DNA of 64,000 nucleotides from the NCBI GenBank assembly GCA_964653595.1, contig CAZZHH010000009.1, forward strand, positions 3,506 to 67,505. Reading direction: 5' to 3'. Positions 19,670 through 28,921 of the stretch are shown here, in pieces (positions within the stretch are counted from its first letter, which is position 1; every line of letters starts with the position of its first letter). The notes beneath the pieces are model-generated. The model saw only the letters and a list, made by a program, of their open reading frames with translations, made no database searches and was not told the DNA's origin. The position numbers and the translations under genes were made by a program. Origin of the DNA: an uncultured Lentimicrobiaceae bacterium. GTDB taxonomy: Bacteria > Bacteroidota > Bacteroidia > Bacteroidales > WCHB1-69.

Positions 19670-20539
19670 GTTAATGTCCTACGGACAATGGTTGGTGTAT
19701 GTTATTTTTTCTATTGTTAATAAAGTCCTACGGACTATAATAACTTGACACTGGAAATATTACAACTTAAATCCTATTGTATTTTTATCCGTAGGACATT
19801 AATATTAATAAAAAAACAAGAACTCAAGAAACATTTTCCACGTAGTGGATATACCGTCCACCGGCATCAAACATCCTCTATGGGTTTGAAAATATATCGC
19901 TCATCATAATCAACTCCATAATCTTTCAAAAATTTCAAATACTCTTCTCTGAAACTATTTTTTTTATGATGCTCTTCCTGACTTTCAATATATTTTATTT
20001 TCTGTGGCAACTGAGAATATCCCAACGAAAATGCGCCAAAACCCTCTTGCCATGAAAAATGCTCCATCGTCAGCTTATTGTTGTTAATCCACAGAGAGGA
20101 ACTTCGTTTTAAATGAAACATCAAATCAGATGGAGACTGTTTCGGACTCATGCTTATTAAAATATGGATATGATCACTCACTCCATTGATGATGTATAAT
20201 TTGTGGCCTTGTTGATCAATGATTCCGCTAATATATTTATACAAATCATTTTGCCATTTTTTACTAATCAAACTCCTCCGATTTTGAACAGCAAAAATAT
20301 AATGAATGTACAATTGGGTGTATGTGTTAGCCATGTTTTTTTCTTATTTGTTAATGTCCTATGGACAATGGTTGGTGTTTATATTTATTTTTCTATTGAT
20401 ATTAAAGTCCTCCGGACTATAATATCTTGACTCTAGAGATGTTGCAACTTAAATTCAATTGTATTTTTGTCCATCGGACATAAATATCAATAAAAAACAC
20501 AACAAACCAGAAACATTTTCCACGTAGTGGATATACCGT
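19670..20539 (-). mobile_element. REPtron-like unit: Y1 (IS200-like/RAYT-like) transposase gene between two ~190-bp direct repeats
   Basis: Left repeat 19670-19857 and right repeat 20350-20539 align end to end by eye. Each holds three copies of an 11-nt mini-palindrome (GTCC-NNN-GGAC, two direct and one inverted) and ends in AACATTTTCCACGTAGTGGATATACCGT. Confidence 0.7.
19867..20334 (-). CDS. IS200/IS605-family Y1 transposase (RAYT-like)
   Basis: 155 aa with the HUH motif in SDHIHILIS and YIESQEEHH (catalytic Tyr region). The N-terminus TYTQLYIHYIFAV is typical of the family. Confidence 0.85.
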   Translation of the reverse strand: MANTYTQLYIHYIFAVQNRRSLISKKWQNDLYKYISGIIDQQGHKLYIINGVSDHIHILISMSPKQSPSDLMFHLKRSSSLWINNNKLTMEHFSWQEGFGAFSLGYSQLPQKIKYIESQEEHHKKNSFREEYLKFLKDYGVDYDERYIFKPIEDV

Positions 20540-20619
20540 TAACTGGCTTTAAACTTGCAAATGATAGTAACCCGTCGGGTTTTTGAAACCCAACGTGTTA
20601 GTATCAACATCCCAAATCG

Positions 20620-22173
20620 TTAGTAGCTGATAAAATAAACCTCAAACTCGTATGTCACCGTTTTTTTCTCGCCGGCAGCCAGCGAAACGCTCCACTCCAT
20701 CTCCGACTGAGGATTTGCATAACCATTCAGACGTCGTTTGGTCACTTTTGAACCGCCGTTGTTCACGACCGTTCCCGAAACTATCTTGCGGACATCCACA
20801 ATCACCGACTTATCCTGCATGTTCGACACGTTGATGGTCCCTTTCACGGTTGCTTTGGTATAGGTGGTTTTGCCGATGCGTTTGGCATTATCCACGCGAA
20901 CAACCTCTTCTTCGGTGTTTTTCAGTTGCACATCGATGGCTTTGGACAATTTGATGGTTGCAGTCCCGCCCACCGGCGTGTATTTGAAAAGATCCTGAGC
21001 CATAAACTGGCCTTTGTCCGAAATCACCATCACCGAAGCGGTGGTAAACGGGTAGGAAGTGGTGTTCTTCACATCCAGCGAGTGGTATACGTCGTAGAAG
21101 TTCTCCGAATTGTCGCAATAACCGGTGCTGGCCATGTTACTTTTGTCTGGGATATCTGCTTTGTAACGATCGCTGTATGTCAGATTCGTGGCAAAAATCG
21201 GGAAGAATCCTTTCGAATTTTTCGGCAATGAAATTTTTCCCAACTGGTAGTAGAACAGGTCGTTGTTTTTCTCGCCTTCGGTTTCAAAAGTAGATTCCAT
21301 TAAAGGAATAGAAACATCCGCATCGTATGCATAACGCGAAGCAGTTTGTGTTTGTACGGGTGCATTCTGCATCATGGCATTGTCCATGTGATACATATTC
21401 GCTTTCTGACTAATAGAAGTAATCCAGCCATAGGTCATCGGGTCGTTCTGTTTTCCGAAATAGAGTTGCGGCGAACCCACCACTAGTTCACAATCCACGT
21501 CGTTCAGGGCTTCGGAGTAGTTCTCGATGGTGGCTTTCATCTCTAAGCGTGCTTCTTTATCGTTCACAATTCTCAAAAAATACGACGGAATCCAGTTGAA
21601 GCCCTCCTGCATGTAATATTCTGCAATGGTTTGATTTTCGCCACTCTTTTCAATATCAATAAGTGCAGATTTTACGAGACTGTCACGCTGAAAAACGGGA
21701 CTCGATTCACCAATCAACTCCATAAATGCGATACCAGATGCATTAAAGAAATTGGTCTTCCCATTTTCCTGTTTCACTTTCACCATGTTCGACACCGGAT
21801 AATAGCCCAACAATTTCCCGCTAATTACCTTCTCCGATTTTTCGCCATAGGTGATGGTAAACGACATATCTTTACCGATGCTATTTTGCAGAATCTGTGT
21901 GTTTGTAGATGCAGGAACAGAGACTTTTACGGTATCGAAATTGAAATAGACATTCTTAACCGGAAAATCCTTGCCGGTAGCAATCCAATAGGTTCCCAAA
22001 AGGGCGTTCGACGGAGCCGTAATAAGGAATTTGCCGTTGGTTTTCTTCACCGTCCCCTGTTTCATCACCATGCCCGTAGAATTTTTGTAAATGGTAATTT
22101 TCTTCACGGGAAGAGTTGTTTGGGACATCACAAAGAGGGGTAAAAAGCAGAAAAGAAGAATGATTTTTTTCAT
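20620..22173 (-). CDS. DUF4139-like secreted protein
   Basis: The track ORF extends to 22257, but the ATG at 22173-22171 gives MKKIILLFCFLPLFVMSQ, a signal peptide. The body resembles DUF4139 (FNWIPSY, ATIENYS). Confidence 0.6.
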   Translation of the reverse strand: MKKIILLFCFLPLFVMSQTTLPVKKITIYKNSTGMVMKQGTVKKTNGKFLITAPSNALLGTYWIATGKDFPVKNVYFNFDTVKVSVPASTNTQILQNSIGKDMSFTITYGEKSEKVISGKLLGYYPVSNMVKVKQENGKTNFFNASGIAFMELIGESSPVFQRDSLVKSALIDIEKSGENQTIAEYYMQEGFNWIPSYFLRIVNDKEARLEMKATIENYSEALNDVDCELVVGSPQLYFGKQNDPMTYGWITSISQKANMYHMDNAMMQNAPVQTQTASRYAYDADVSIPLMESTFETEGEKNNDLFYYQLGKISLPKNSKGFFPIFATNLTYSDRYKADIPDKSNMASTGYCDNSENFYDVYHSLDVKNTTSYPFTTASVMVISDKGQFMAQDLFKYTPVGGTATIKLSKAIDVQLKNTEEEVVRVDNAKRIGKTTYTKATVKGTINVSNMQDKSVIVDVRKIVSGTVVNNGGSKVTKRRLNGYANPQSEMEWSVSLAAGEKKTVTYEFEVYFISY

Positions 22174-22366
22174 TGTAAACAAGATTGGTTTGTGTTTAAA
22201 TACCGAAATTTGATAACGTTTGTTACTAATCATAAAAAAACAAAGATAACAAAACAACGGATAAATTAATAAAATATTTTAATATAGTACCTTACTGTTA
22301 ATAATACCATACAGAGTTAATTTCAAAAAAATGAGCCGATCCATTTTGGAAGATTCTCTTTTTTCA

Positions 22367-22435
22367 GGAGCTGTTTCCTGCTTTTCGCGACAATCTTTTT
22401 TGGGACTAAAAAAGGATTTCTGCTGCAATCAGGGC
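22367..22435. repeat. Solitary palindromic element (third type)
   Basis: GCGACAATCTTTTTT (22387-22401) and AAAAAAGGATTTCTGC (22408-22423) are arranged around GGGACT. Confidence 0.4.
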
Positions 22436-22454
22436 TATGACTGCAAGAAAACTA

Positions 22455-22491
22455 GTGTTTGAGACCGATTCAAAGAATCGAGGTCCAACAC
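22455..22491 (-). terminator. Imperfect long hairpin downstream of the M6 protease gene
   Basis: On the minus strand: GTGTTGGACCTCGATTC-TTT-GAATCGGTCTCAAACAC, followed by a T-rich stretch. Confidence 0.4.
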
Positions 22492-22494
22492 TAT

Positions 22495-24990
22495 CTAATA
22501 AACCACAATCTTCTGCACATCCAACCACTGCCCCGCAATAAAAAGTCGGACGAAATAAACCCCAGAACGGATGTCAGTTTTTTTCAAAATAAAGGTATTT
22601 GAAGTCAAATCATCCTTCTTTAGAACAACATTTCCCATCATATCGAAGATTTGGATAGAAGTTTGGGCAAAGTTCACATCTGGAATTACGATGGTAGTAT
22701 AATCATTAAACGGATTTGGAGAGATGGTCATCTTTTGATTGAAAGTATTGCTAGCAATTCCTGTTTGAGGTTCGCAAGTTACAATCGATTTCCAGCCGGT
22801 TCCCGTCACCCCTTCGTCCGCACGGAACTGGAATGTCAGCGCACCTGAAGGATTAGAGGCAACTATGGTTCCTGGAGAGGTGATGCCGCAATAAGTTCCA
22901 ATCAACGGAGCGTTTGTACTAGTTCCATTATAAATTTTCAAATAATCATAAACACAACCGCTAGATTCTTCGAGGTCGAATTCATCGAACTGCACCTTAA
23001 CCTTAAAATTTGTAGGAGCAGTAAGGGTAGTTGTGAAACTTGTATTATTTGAATAATTAGACGAAACTCCTCCTTTGTCGATAAACACGGCACTACAAGT
23101 TGCATTAGGATTCTCCCCTATCATGATCTGCTGTCCCACCATTAACTTTTTGGTGATATAGGTTGAAACTGCACCATCATTAATATGAAATCTAAACTCA
23201 ATCAACGCACTAACTGGCGCATTAGAAGACACATTAATAGAAAACACAGCCGAAATGGTTTGATTTACATTCACTGATCCAACAGAAACACTAGGATTGT
23301 TAACAGTGACAAACGATGCATTCTGTCCAATAACAGAACATGTTAGCGTAGCGTTGGCGGAATTTATTTGACCTAAATTTTTGATTTGCAAATTTAAATC
23401 TCCACTCTCAGCAGGTTCCAAAAAACCGTTTCCGTTGAAGTCGTTCGAATAATTCAGATATTGTATTAAGAATGTTGGGGCAGGCATCCCAGCTCCTATT
23501 TTGTAGGTCATTACATTACCAATGTTACTGATATCCCAAACCCTCAATCCACTAGGATTATCGTTGTAATAAGTGGAATTGGGAGTAGTATTGACTCCAA
23601 ACTCAGCATTCATACCCAGATGAAAACAAGCATCCGTATGATCTTCCATGTTATTGTTGGCATGCTCTAGATAAGTCTCATGGTGCAAAGTCTGGTTGTC
23701 ACCCCCTCGATCGATATGCCAGATAGTCAGCCCCTGATCGGGAATCGAAGTACTTCGTCCTTCCTGCATCCTATTTTTGAACAGAAAAAACTCGTTGGTG
23801 TCGTTTGGATTCACATATTTATAAACCGTCAGAGAATTGGCAGTATCGGAGATTACACCATTGAAATAGGTTATATCCACAACACTTCCCCAACCAGCAT
23901 TCGTTATAAAATGTGGATTCGGCGGAACCGGATTGTACGTATCCCCATAATAACACATCAAATCGAAGCTTCCGATTCCATCGGGGCCATTATCCGAAGT
24001 ATATTTGTAGGTATCTGGCCACTGGCCAATCATATGTCCGTTTTCATGTGCCACCACGGCAATTCCGAGCGGGTCGCTAGCGGGAGAACAGTTGTAGGCA
24101 CCTGAATGGACTCCGTTTGCATTAAATCCACTGTAATAACCTTGATGAAACCACATCCCTTCTGCCCAATTTGGGGGATTGCCCGTATACATCAAATTAA
24201 TAGCTGTGATGGATCCATCGGGATTTGTTGTCAAGGTTGAGAAATCAAAACCCAAGCCAGCAATCCAGTTGAGCGCTAGTCCCAATATTTGCTGCGCCCC
24301 TTGGGCAAATTGCATTTGGTCGTATTCGGCAAAGGTAAGCGGAGCCCTGAAATAGCCATACACAACGTTTTGGTAATCGACCAATCCACCGGAATAATCA
24401 AAATAGAGCTTGCGAAGCGAACCGTTGTTGCCATAATTCGAATAGGTTAGGTTGTTGCAAAAGTTTTCAAACTCACTCATGGGCAACGTCCCCGGTTCAT
24501 CCGAAAAATCCACCACTACACACAACCCTCTGATAGACCCGACTAGCGGATGAGGGGGCGTTTTTGTTATTGATTGTTGGGCTTTATCTGCACCGGACAA
24601 CTTGCGTTTTTTGGCAATAATTGTAGCACGTGCTTTCTCTTTGATATCAGTATGTTTGGATAAAAACAATCCTCCTTTTACTGGGGAATCCACCATTGCA
24701 ACGCCATGATAAACCACTCCGGTGGACACCAACTCGGTGCTGTCCGCATTGAGAATGGCATAGCATATCCACTTTGTCTGTTTATCACGAATCAGCGTGT
24801 ACCCATCCACACTTTCGGCACGCATATAGAATTCGGTGCCAAATAATTTCACATCCACCACCGTTCCATCGGGTTGCTTGAACTGTTTGATATTTCCGTT
24901 GTATGGTGCTGCAAAGAGTTCTGTTGCAGACATCAGACATAATAAGACCAGCGTATAAAAACACATTCCAATAAAATTGTTTTTTTTCAT
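22495..24990 (-). CDS. T9SS-secreted M6-like zinc metalloprotease with CUB-like domain
   Basis: 831 aa. Signal peptide, HExxH in VVAHENGHMIG, a CUB-like segment CVYDYLKIYNG...GTYCG, and a C-terminal T9SS sorting domain (ISPNPFNDYTT...GVYFVRL). Confidence 0.75.
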   Translation of the reverse strand: MKKNNFIGMCFYTLVLLCLMSATELFAAPYNGNIKQFKQPDGTVVDVKLFGTEFYMRAESVDGYTLIRDKQTKWICYAILNADSTELVSTGVVYHGVAMVDSPVKGGLFLSKHTDIKEKARATIIAKKRKLSGADKAQQSITKTPPHPLVGSIRGLCVVVDFSDEPGTLPMSEFENFCNNLTYSNYGNNGSLRKLYFDYSGGLVDYQNVVYGYFRAPLTFAEYDQMQFAQGAQQILGLALNWIAGLGFDFSTLTTNPDGSITAINLMYTGNPPNWAEGMWFHQGYYSGFNANGVHSGAYNCSPASDPLGIAVVAHENGHMIGQWPDTYKYTSDNGPDGIGSFDLMCYYGDTYNPVPPNPHFITNAGWGSVVDITYFNGVISDTANSLTVYKYVNPNDTNEFFLFKNRMQEGRSTSIPDQGLTIWHIDRGGDNQTLHHETYLEHANNNMEDHTDACFHLGMNAEFGVNTTPNSTYYNDNPSGLRVWDISNIGNVMTYKIGAGMPAPTFLIQYLNYSNDFNGNGFLEPAESGDLNLQIKNLGQINSANATLTCSVIGQNASFVTVNNPSVSVGSVNVNQTISAVFSINVSSNAPVSALIEFRFHINDGAVSTYITKKLMVGQQIMIGENPNATCSAVFIDKGGVSSNYSNNTSFTTTLTAPTNFKVKVQFDEFDLEESSGCVYDYLKIYNGTSTNAPLIGTYCGITSPGTIVASNPSGALTFQFRADEGVTGTGWKSIVTCEPQTGIASNTFNQKMTISPNPFNDYTTIVIPDVNFAQTSIQIFDMMGNVVLKKDDLTSNTFILKKTDIRSGVYFVRLFIAGQWLDVQKIVVY

Positions 24991-25046
24991 TCCCTTAATA
25001 ATTCAAAATTGAAACACAAAGATAATGGAAAAAGGGAGAAAATGAT

Positions 25047-25089
25047 CATGGATTCCTCATTTTTGTGGTTTTGTTAAATAAAGGTGATT
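25047..25089. repeat. Left copy of an imperfect ~43-bp direct repeat flanking the RhuM gene
   Basis: ATGGATTCCTCATTTTTGTGGTTTTGTTAAATAAAGGTGATTT matches 26155-26198 at 35 of 44 hand-aligned positions. Confidence 0.55.
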
Positions 25090-25150
25090 TCTAAAAAAAA
25101 CAGAGGCAGTCAGTATATTAAATATATTAAAACCGACACCAATCAAAGCA

Positions 25151-26005
25151 TTACCTTTCTATCTGCGAATAGTTAAAATTTCTCATGATCACATCTGCAT
25201 CAATCTCCATTTTTGAAAAAGCAAATAGTTTTTTACCCATATCTTTCAGGGATGCACCAATGTGATACACATGTTTTTCATCAATTATCAGAGAACGGTC
25301 GTGGGCATTCTTGTAAACAGTCAATTCAATCGGCGAATACTGTTTGTTATGCTTTTCCAAATCAGTCTTGAGAGTTGAAGTAAAATTTGCCGTGTAAATT
25401 TTCACCGATACACCATCTTTTCGTTTAAGAAACAAATTAAGCACGGATTCGTCAACATAGTTATCAATAAGAATCAACGATTTGGTCGCCGACTTTACAA
25501 GTTCTGACACGAACACCCAAGCATCGAAAATCTGTCCATCGAAAAATATGCCTTCGCTGGGAGGTAAACTTGAATTAATGTGAAAATCAATTTTATCAAC
25601 TCTTTTTTTCAATGAGTAAATATTATCTTCCATTCTATTAATCCTATTGTTTAACGAATAACCTTTAAGCAGATAATCTTTTAAAACTTGATTTGCCCAT
25701 ATGCGAAATTGCGTGCCTTGCTTTGATTTCACTCGGTAACCAACAGAAATGATTACATCAAGATTATAAAATGCTACAGGTTTGTCCGAATTAGGAATAT
25801 GCATTTTTTGCATATTGCTTTTTTCATCTAATTCACCTTCTTTAAAAACATTGCGAATATGTCGGGAAATAACAGATTGATCTCTTTGAAATAATTTCAC
25901 AATTTGTTCTTGGTTAAGCCAAACAGTTTCATCTTCAAGTCTCACCTCAATATGTTCGACAAGTTCGTCTGGGCAGTATAAAACTATTTCATTTTTCATT
26001 TTCAA
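25151..26005 (-). CDS. RhuM-family (virulence/DNA-binding) protein
   Basis: 284 aa. The N-terminal 120 aa match the RhuM pattern (VRLEDETVWLNQEQIVKLF, FYNLDVIISVGYRVKS, TQFRIWA). The C-terminal domain has HDRSLIID...YHIGASLKD. Confidence 0.7.
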   Translation of the reverse strand: MKMKNEIVLYCPDELVEHIEVRLEDETVWLNQEQIVKLFQRDQSVISRHIRNVFKEGELDEKSNMQKMHIPNSDKPVAFYNLDVIISVGYRVKSKQGTQFRIWANQVLKDYLLKGYSLNNRINRMEDNIYSLKKRVDKIDFHINSSLPPSEGIFFDGQIFDAWVFVSELVKSATKSLILIDNYVDESVLNLFLKRKDGVSVKIYTANFTSTLKTDLEKHNKQYSPIELTVYKNAHDRSLIIDEKHVYHIGASLKDMGKKLFAFSKMEIDADVIMRNFNYSQIER

Positions 26006-26030
26006 ATAATTAGTGAGGGTTAAATATTTG

Positions 26031-26038
26031 CAAATATA
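26031..26038 (-). promoter_or_regulatory. -7 box TAnnTTTG for the RhuM gene
   Basis: The reverse complement reads TATATTTG, 26 nt upstream of the ATG at 26005. Confidence 0.4.
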
Positions 26039-26133
26039 TAGATTTTTCTTTTTGATTAATCTGTTTTCAATGCTAAAAAAATCAAGTGGGCTTTTGAAAA
26101 AATTGGCTTCTTCAATTGAATCACAAAGTTAAT

Positions 26134-26149
26134 AAAAAAAAAAAAAAAA
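26134..26149. repeat. A16 homopolymer
   Basis: Sixteen consecutive A in the divergent RhuM / ftsE intergenic region. Confidence 0.9.
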
Positions 26150-26154
26150 TGACA

Positions 26155-26198
26155 ATAGATTATTCTTTTTTGTGGTTTCGTTAAAATAAAGCAGAATT
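26155..26198. repeat. Right copy of the imperfect direct repeat flanking the RhuM gene
   Basis: ATAGATTATTCTTTTTTGTGGTTTCGTTAAAATAAAGCAGAATT. Confidence 0.55.
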
Positions 26199-26240
26199 GA
26201 AACCCATTTTTTATTAACTTTGACCTCTAAATTATACCAG

Positions 26241-27080
26241 ATGCAACCGATTATCGATCTTCAGAAAGTGGATATTTTCCAAAAAAAGGTGCTTGTTCTT
26301 TCGCAAGTAAACGTTCAGATTTTCAAAGGTGAGTTTGTTTACCTCACCGGGAAAACGGGTACCGGAAAATCGAGTCTACTCAAAATACTGTATGCCGACA
26401 TCCCGCCTCAAGGGGCAAAAGCTGAAGTGGCCGGCATCGATTTACTCAAAATAAAAACCAAACGGATTCCTGTGTTAAGGAAGAAATTGGGCATCGTTTT
26501 CCAGGATTTCCAACTCCTCTCCGACCGCTCCGTATACGACAATCTGCTCTTTGTGATGAAAGCCACCGGTTGGACAAACAAGGTCGAAATCAACACCCGT
26601 ATTGACAAAGTTTTGCATGATGTTGGGTTAGGCACCAAAGGGTTTAAAATGCCACACCAACTCTCTGGTGGCGAGCAACAACGTGTTTGTATCGCCCGCG
26701 CATTCATCAACAACCCGGAAATCATCCTTGCCGATGAGCCTACTGGAAATTTAGATCCTGAAACCTCTGCTGAAATCATGGCATTGCTCCACGACATCAC
26801 CGCCAAAGAGAACTGCACAGTACTAATGGCAACCCACGATTTTGGCATGATCGATAAATTCCCTGCCCGTACTTTACGTTGCAGCGACGGAAAAATCACC
26901 GGTCCCGAATGCGACCTCTCAAAATTAAAAACATTAGAACCTTTAAGTGAAGTTGTAGCGAAAGAAGAAGATTTACCCATAATTTCTGATTCTGAAGAAA
27001 CCGAAGAGGACATCGACGACAACGATTCCGAAGAAAACATACAAAAAGACGAGTCTGTACAAACCGTTGATAACGAATAA
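26241..27080 (+). CDS. ftsE: Cell-division ABC ATPase FtsE-like, with acidic C-terminal extension
   Basis: The track start at 26220 is a TTG; the ATG at 26241 (MQPIIDL) is preferred. Walker A GKTGTGKS, signature LSGGEQQR, Walker B ILADEP. The last ~55 aa are rich in D, E and S. Confidence 0.75.
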   Translation: MQPIIDLQKVDIFQKKVLVLSQVNVQIFKGEFVYLTGKTGTGKSSLLKILYADIPPQGAKAEVAGIDLLKIKTKRIPVLRKKLGIVFQDFQLLSDRSVYDNLLFVMKATGWTNKVEINTRIDKVLHDVGLGTKGFKMPHQLSGGEQQRVCIARAFINNPEIILADEPTGNLDPETSAEIMALLHDITAKENCTVLMATHDFGMIDKFPARTLRCSDGKITGPECDLSKLKTLEPLSEVVAKEEDLPIISDSEETEEDIDDNDSEENIQKDESVQTVDNE

Positions 27081-27085
27081 CACTC

Positions 27086-27736
27086 ATGATTCAACTAAAA
27101 AACATCACTAAATCTTACGGCAAACTAACCGTTTTAAACGATATCACCCTTGACATCCACGAACAAAAAGTAACGGTGATTGTCGGACCATCCGGTGCCG
27201 GGAAATCTACCCTTTTGCACATTATTGGCACATTAGATCGAGCCGATAGCGGAGATGTGTTTTTTTCCAACACCAACATTAACACCCTAAAAGAGAAAAG
27301 TTTATCTGAATTCAGAAACAAACACATTGGGTTTGTATTCCAATTCCACCACCTCCTGCCCGAATTCACCGCCATCGAAAATGTAGAGATGCCCGCACTG
27401 ATTGCAGGAAAATCCAAGAAGGAAGCTCAAGCAAAGGCATTGGAATTACTCACTCTATTGGGAGTAGATCAACGTAAAGACCATAAACCGTCGGAACTGT
27501 CGGGTGGCGAACAACAGAGGGTTGCTGTAGCCAGAGCGCTTATCAACGACCCCGACGTAGTGCTTGCCGATGAACCTTCTGGGAACCTAGACACTGACAA
27601 CGCCCGCGATCTGCATCAGCTGTTTTTCTCGCTCCGCGACAAGCTGAACCAAACCTTTATCATCGTCACCCACAACCAAGAACTCGCCGATATGTCGGAC
27701 TATAAAATCCTAATGAAAGACGGGAAAGTCAGTTAA
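27086..27736 (+). CDS. lolD: Lipoprotein-releasing-type ABC transporter ATP-binding protein
   Basis: 216 aa with [25 protein letters not shown] (LolD-like), [15 protein letters not shown] and [10 protein letters not shown]. Confidence 0.7.
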   Translation: MIQLKNITKSYGKLTVLNDITLDIHEQKVTVIVGPSGAGKSTLLHIIGTLDRADSGDVFFSNTNINTLKEKSLSEFRNKHIGFVFQFHHLLPEFTAIENVEMPALIAGKSKKEAQAKALELLTLLGVDQRKDHKPSELSGGEQQRVAVARALINDPDVVLADEPSGNLDTDNARDLHQLFFSLRDKLNQTFIIVTHNQELADMSDYKILMKDGKVS

Positions 27737-27776
27737 CAGTGATGCAGTGAAACAGTTAACAGTAAGCAGTGAACAA
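27728..27776. repeat. Heptamer-type tandem repeats (GTNANCA units)
   Basis: GTTAACA GTGATGCA GTGAAACA GTTAACA GTAAGCA GTGAACA. The array overlaps the lolD stop codon (27734-27736). Confidence 0.7.
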
Positions 27777-27817
27777 GAAAACAATCAACTGAATTATTTA
27801 TTTTCACAAATATATTT

Positions 27818-28171
27818 ATGATACCAAATAGTAAGGTTTATGAAAAAGCTTATGCTTTAGCTATTAAAATTATCATGTTGTATAAATTTCTAATTGAAGA
27901 AAAAAAAGAATGTATTCTTTCGAAACAGCTTATCAGAAGTGGAACATCGATTGGAGCAAATATATCGGAAGCAAATGGAGCCATTTCTGATAAAGACTTT
28001 TCTGCAAAACTCAGTATCTCGTACAAAGAAGCTTTAGAAACAAAATATTGGCTAAACTTACTAAAAGACACTAACTATATTGAGTTAGAAAAATATGACA
28101 AATTGTATAATGATACAGATGAAGTTTGCAAAATGCTTTATACTGCAATTAAAAATACTAGAAACTTTTGA
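27818..28171 (+). CDS. Four-helix-bundle protein (23S rRNA intervening-sequence protein family)
   Basis: 117 aa with the QLIRSGTSIGANISEA and YKEALETKYWLNLL motifs characteristic of this family. Confidence 0.8.
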   Translation: MIPNSKVYEKAYALAIKIIMLYKFLIEEKKECILSKQLIRSGTSIGANISEANGAISDKDFSAKLSISYKEALETKYWLNLLKDTNYIELEKYDKLYNDTDEVCKMLYTAIKNTRNF

Positions 28172-28198
28172 CAATAAACTGTAACCTCAAACTTACTA

Positions 28199-28276
28199 CT
28201 GATCACTGACAACTGTTAACTGACAACTGTTAACTGATCACTGCAAACAGTTAACTGATCACTGATCACTGTTAAC
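28199..28276. repeat. Eleven tandem heptamers (TGNNNAC), inverse of the 27728-27776 array
   Basis: TGATCAC TGACAAC TGTTAAC TGACAAC TGTTAAC TGATCAC TGCAAAC AGTTAAC TGATCAC TGATCAC TGTTAAC. Built around the palindromes TGATCA and GTTAAC. It sits between convergent genes. Confidence 0.8.
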
Positions 28277-28279
28277 GGA

Positions 28280-28780
28280 TTACTTCCTAAGTTGTCCGGT
28301 TTTGAAGGTGAAGAATCGTTGGACTATATAACTGTAAACCACCACGATCACAGTAGTTACGATTTTAGCCACAGTAGGCCACAAATCGAAATACTCTACA
28401 AAAAGTTTCAGAAAAATATAATTCAAAAAAATTGCTCCTGCCACACTCATCATATATCGAAACAACTGAACACGGCCCCTAATTTCAGATTCCGTAAAAG
28501 TGATATATCGCGCTAAAAGGAAACCTGTACAAAATGTAACTGGAAACACAATCAAGAAAGCACCTATATGAGGACTAACCGTAATTATCAAAAAATGAAG
28601 ATCATGTTTATCAATTACAAAATTATATACCATAAAATAGAGAAAGATATCTAAAACTGTATTAAAACCGCCAGTGGCAGCATACCGGAATGTCTCGACA
28701 GGAATACGCTTAAAGGGGATATGAAACCAATCTATCACTGCAATGATGAAATCCCGAAAATTAAATAAATGTTGCTTCAT
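28280..28780 (-). CDS. GtrA-family membrane protein
   Basis: 166 aa with four predicted TM helices and the FRYAATGGFNTVLD motif. Confidence 0.7.
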   Translation of the reverse strand: MKQHLFNFRDFIIAVIDWFHIPFKRIPVETFRYAATGGFNTVLDIFLYFMVYNFVIDKHDLHFLIITVSPHIGAFLIVFPVTFCTGFLLARYITFTESEIRGRVQLFRYMMSVAGAIFLNYIFLKLFVEYFDLWPTVAKIVTTVIVVVYSYIVQRFFTFKTGQLRK

Positions 28781-28921
28781 CCTCTATCTAACAGCTAATA
28801 ATAAATTTATGGTTTATTTTTTCGGCAAAGGTCTGCTTTTTTTAACAATTTTGCAAAAATGTGAGAAAAATAAATTCACTTTTGATGAAAAAAATCAATA
28901 ATTTTATCCCTCAAAAATGAC

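Noticed and set aside
26220-26240. TTG-initiated N-terminal extensions in the track (26220 for ftsE, 60373 for the T9SS protein, 33817 for ompA, 22257 for DUF4139)
   Set aside because: Downstream ATGs give canonical N-termini or signal peptides (MQPIIDL, MKKTRQF..., MKKIILLF...). For ompA, the TTG start would remove the signal peptide encoded upstream in the same frame.
26408-27094. 228-aa antisense ORF across ftsE, and similar long antisense ORFs at 35871..36584, 37461..37988, 47102..47686, 21631..22143, 38715..39260 and 18781..19404
   Set aside because: They occur only opposite the GC-richer genes, where stop codons are rare on the antisense strand. Their translations are low-complexity with no motifs, while the sense-strand products have clear family signatures.
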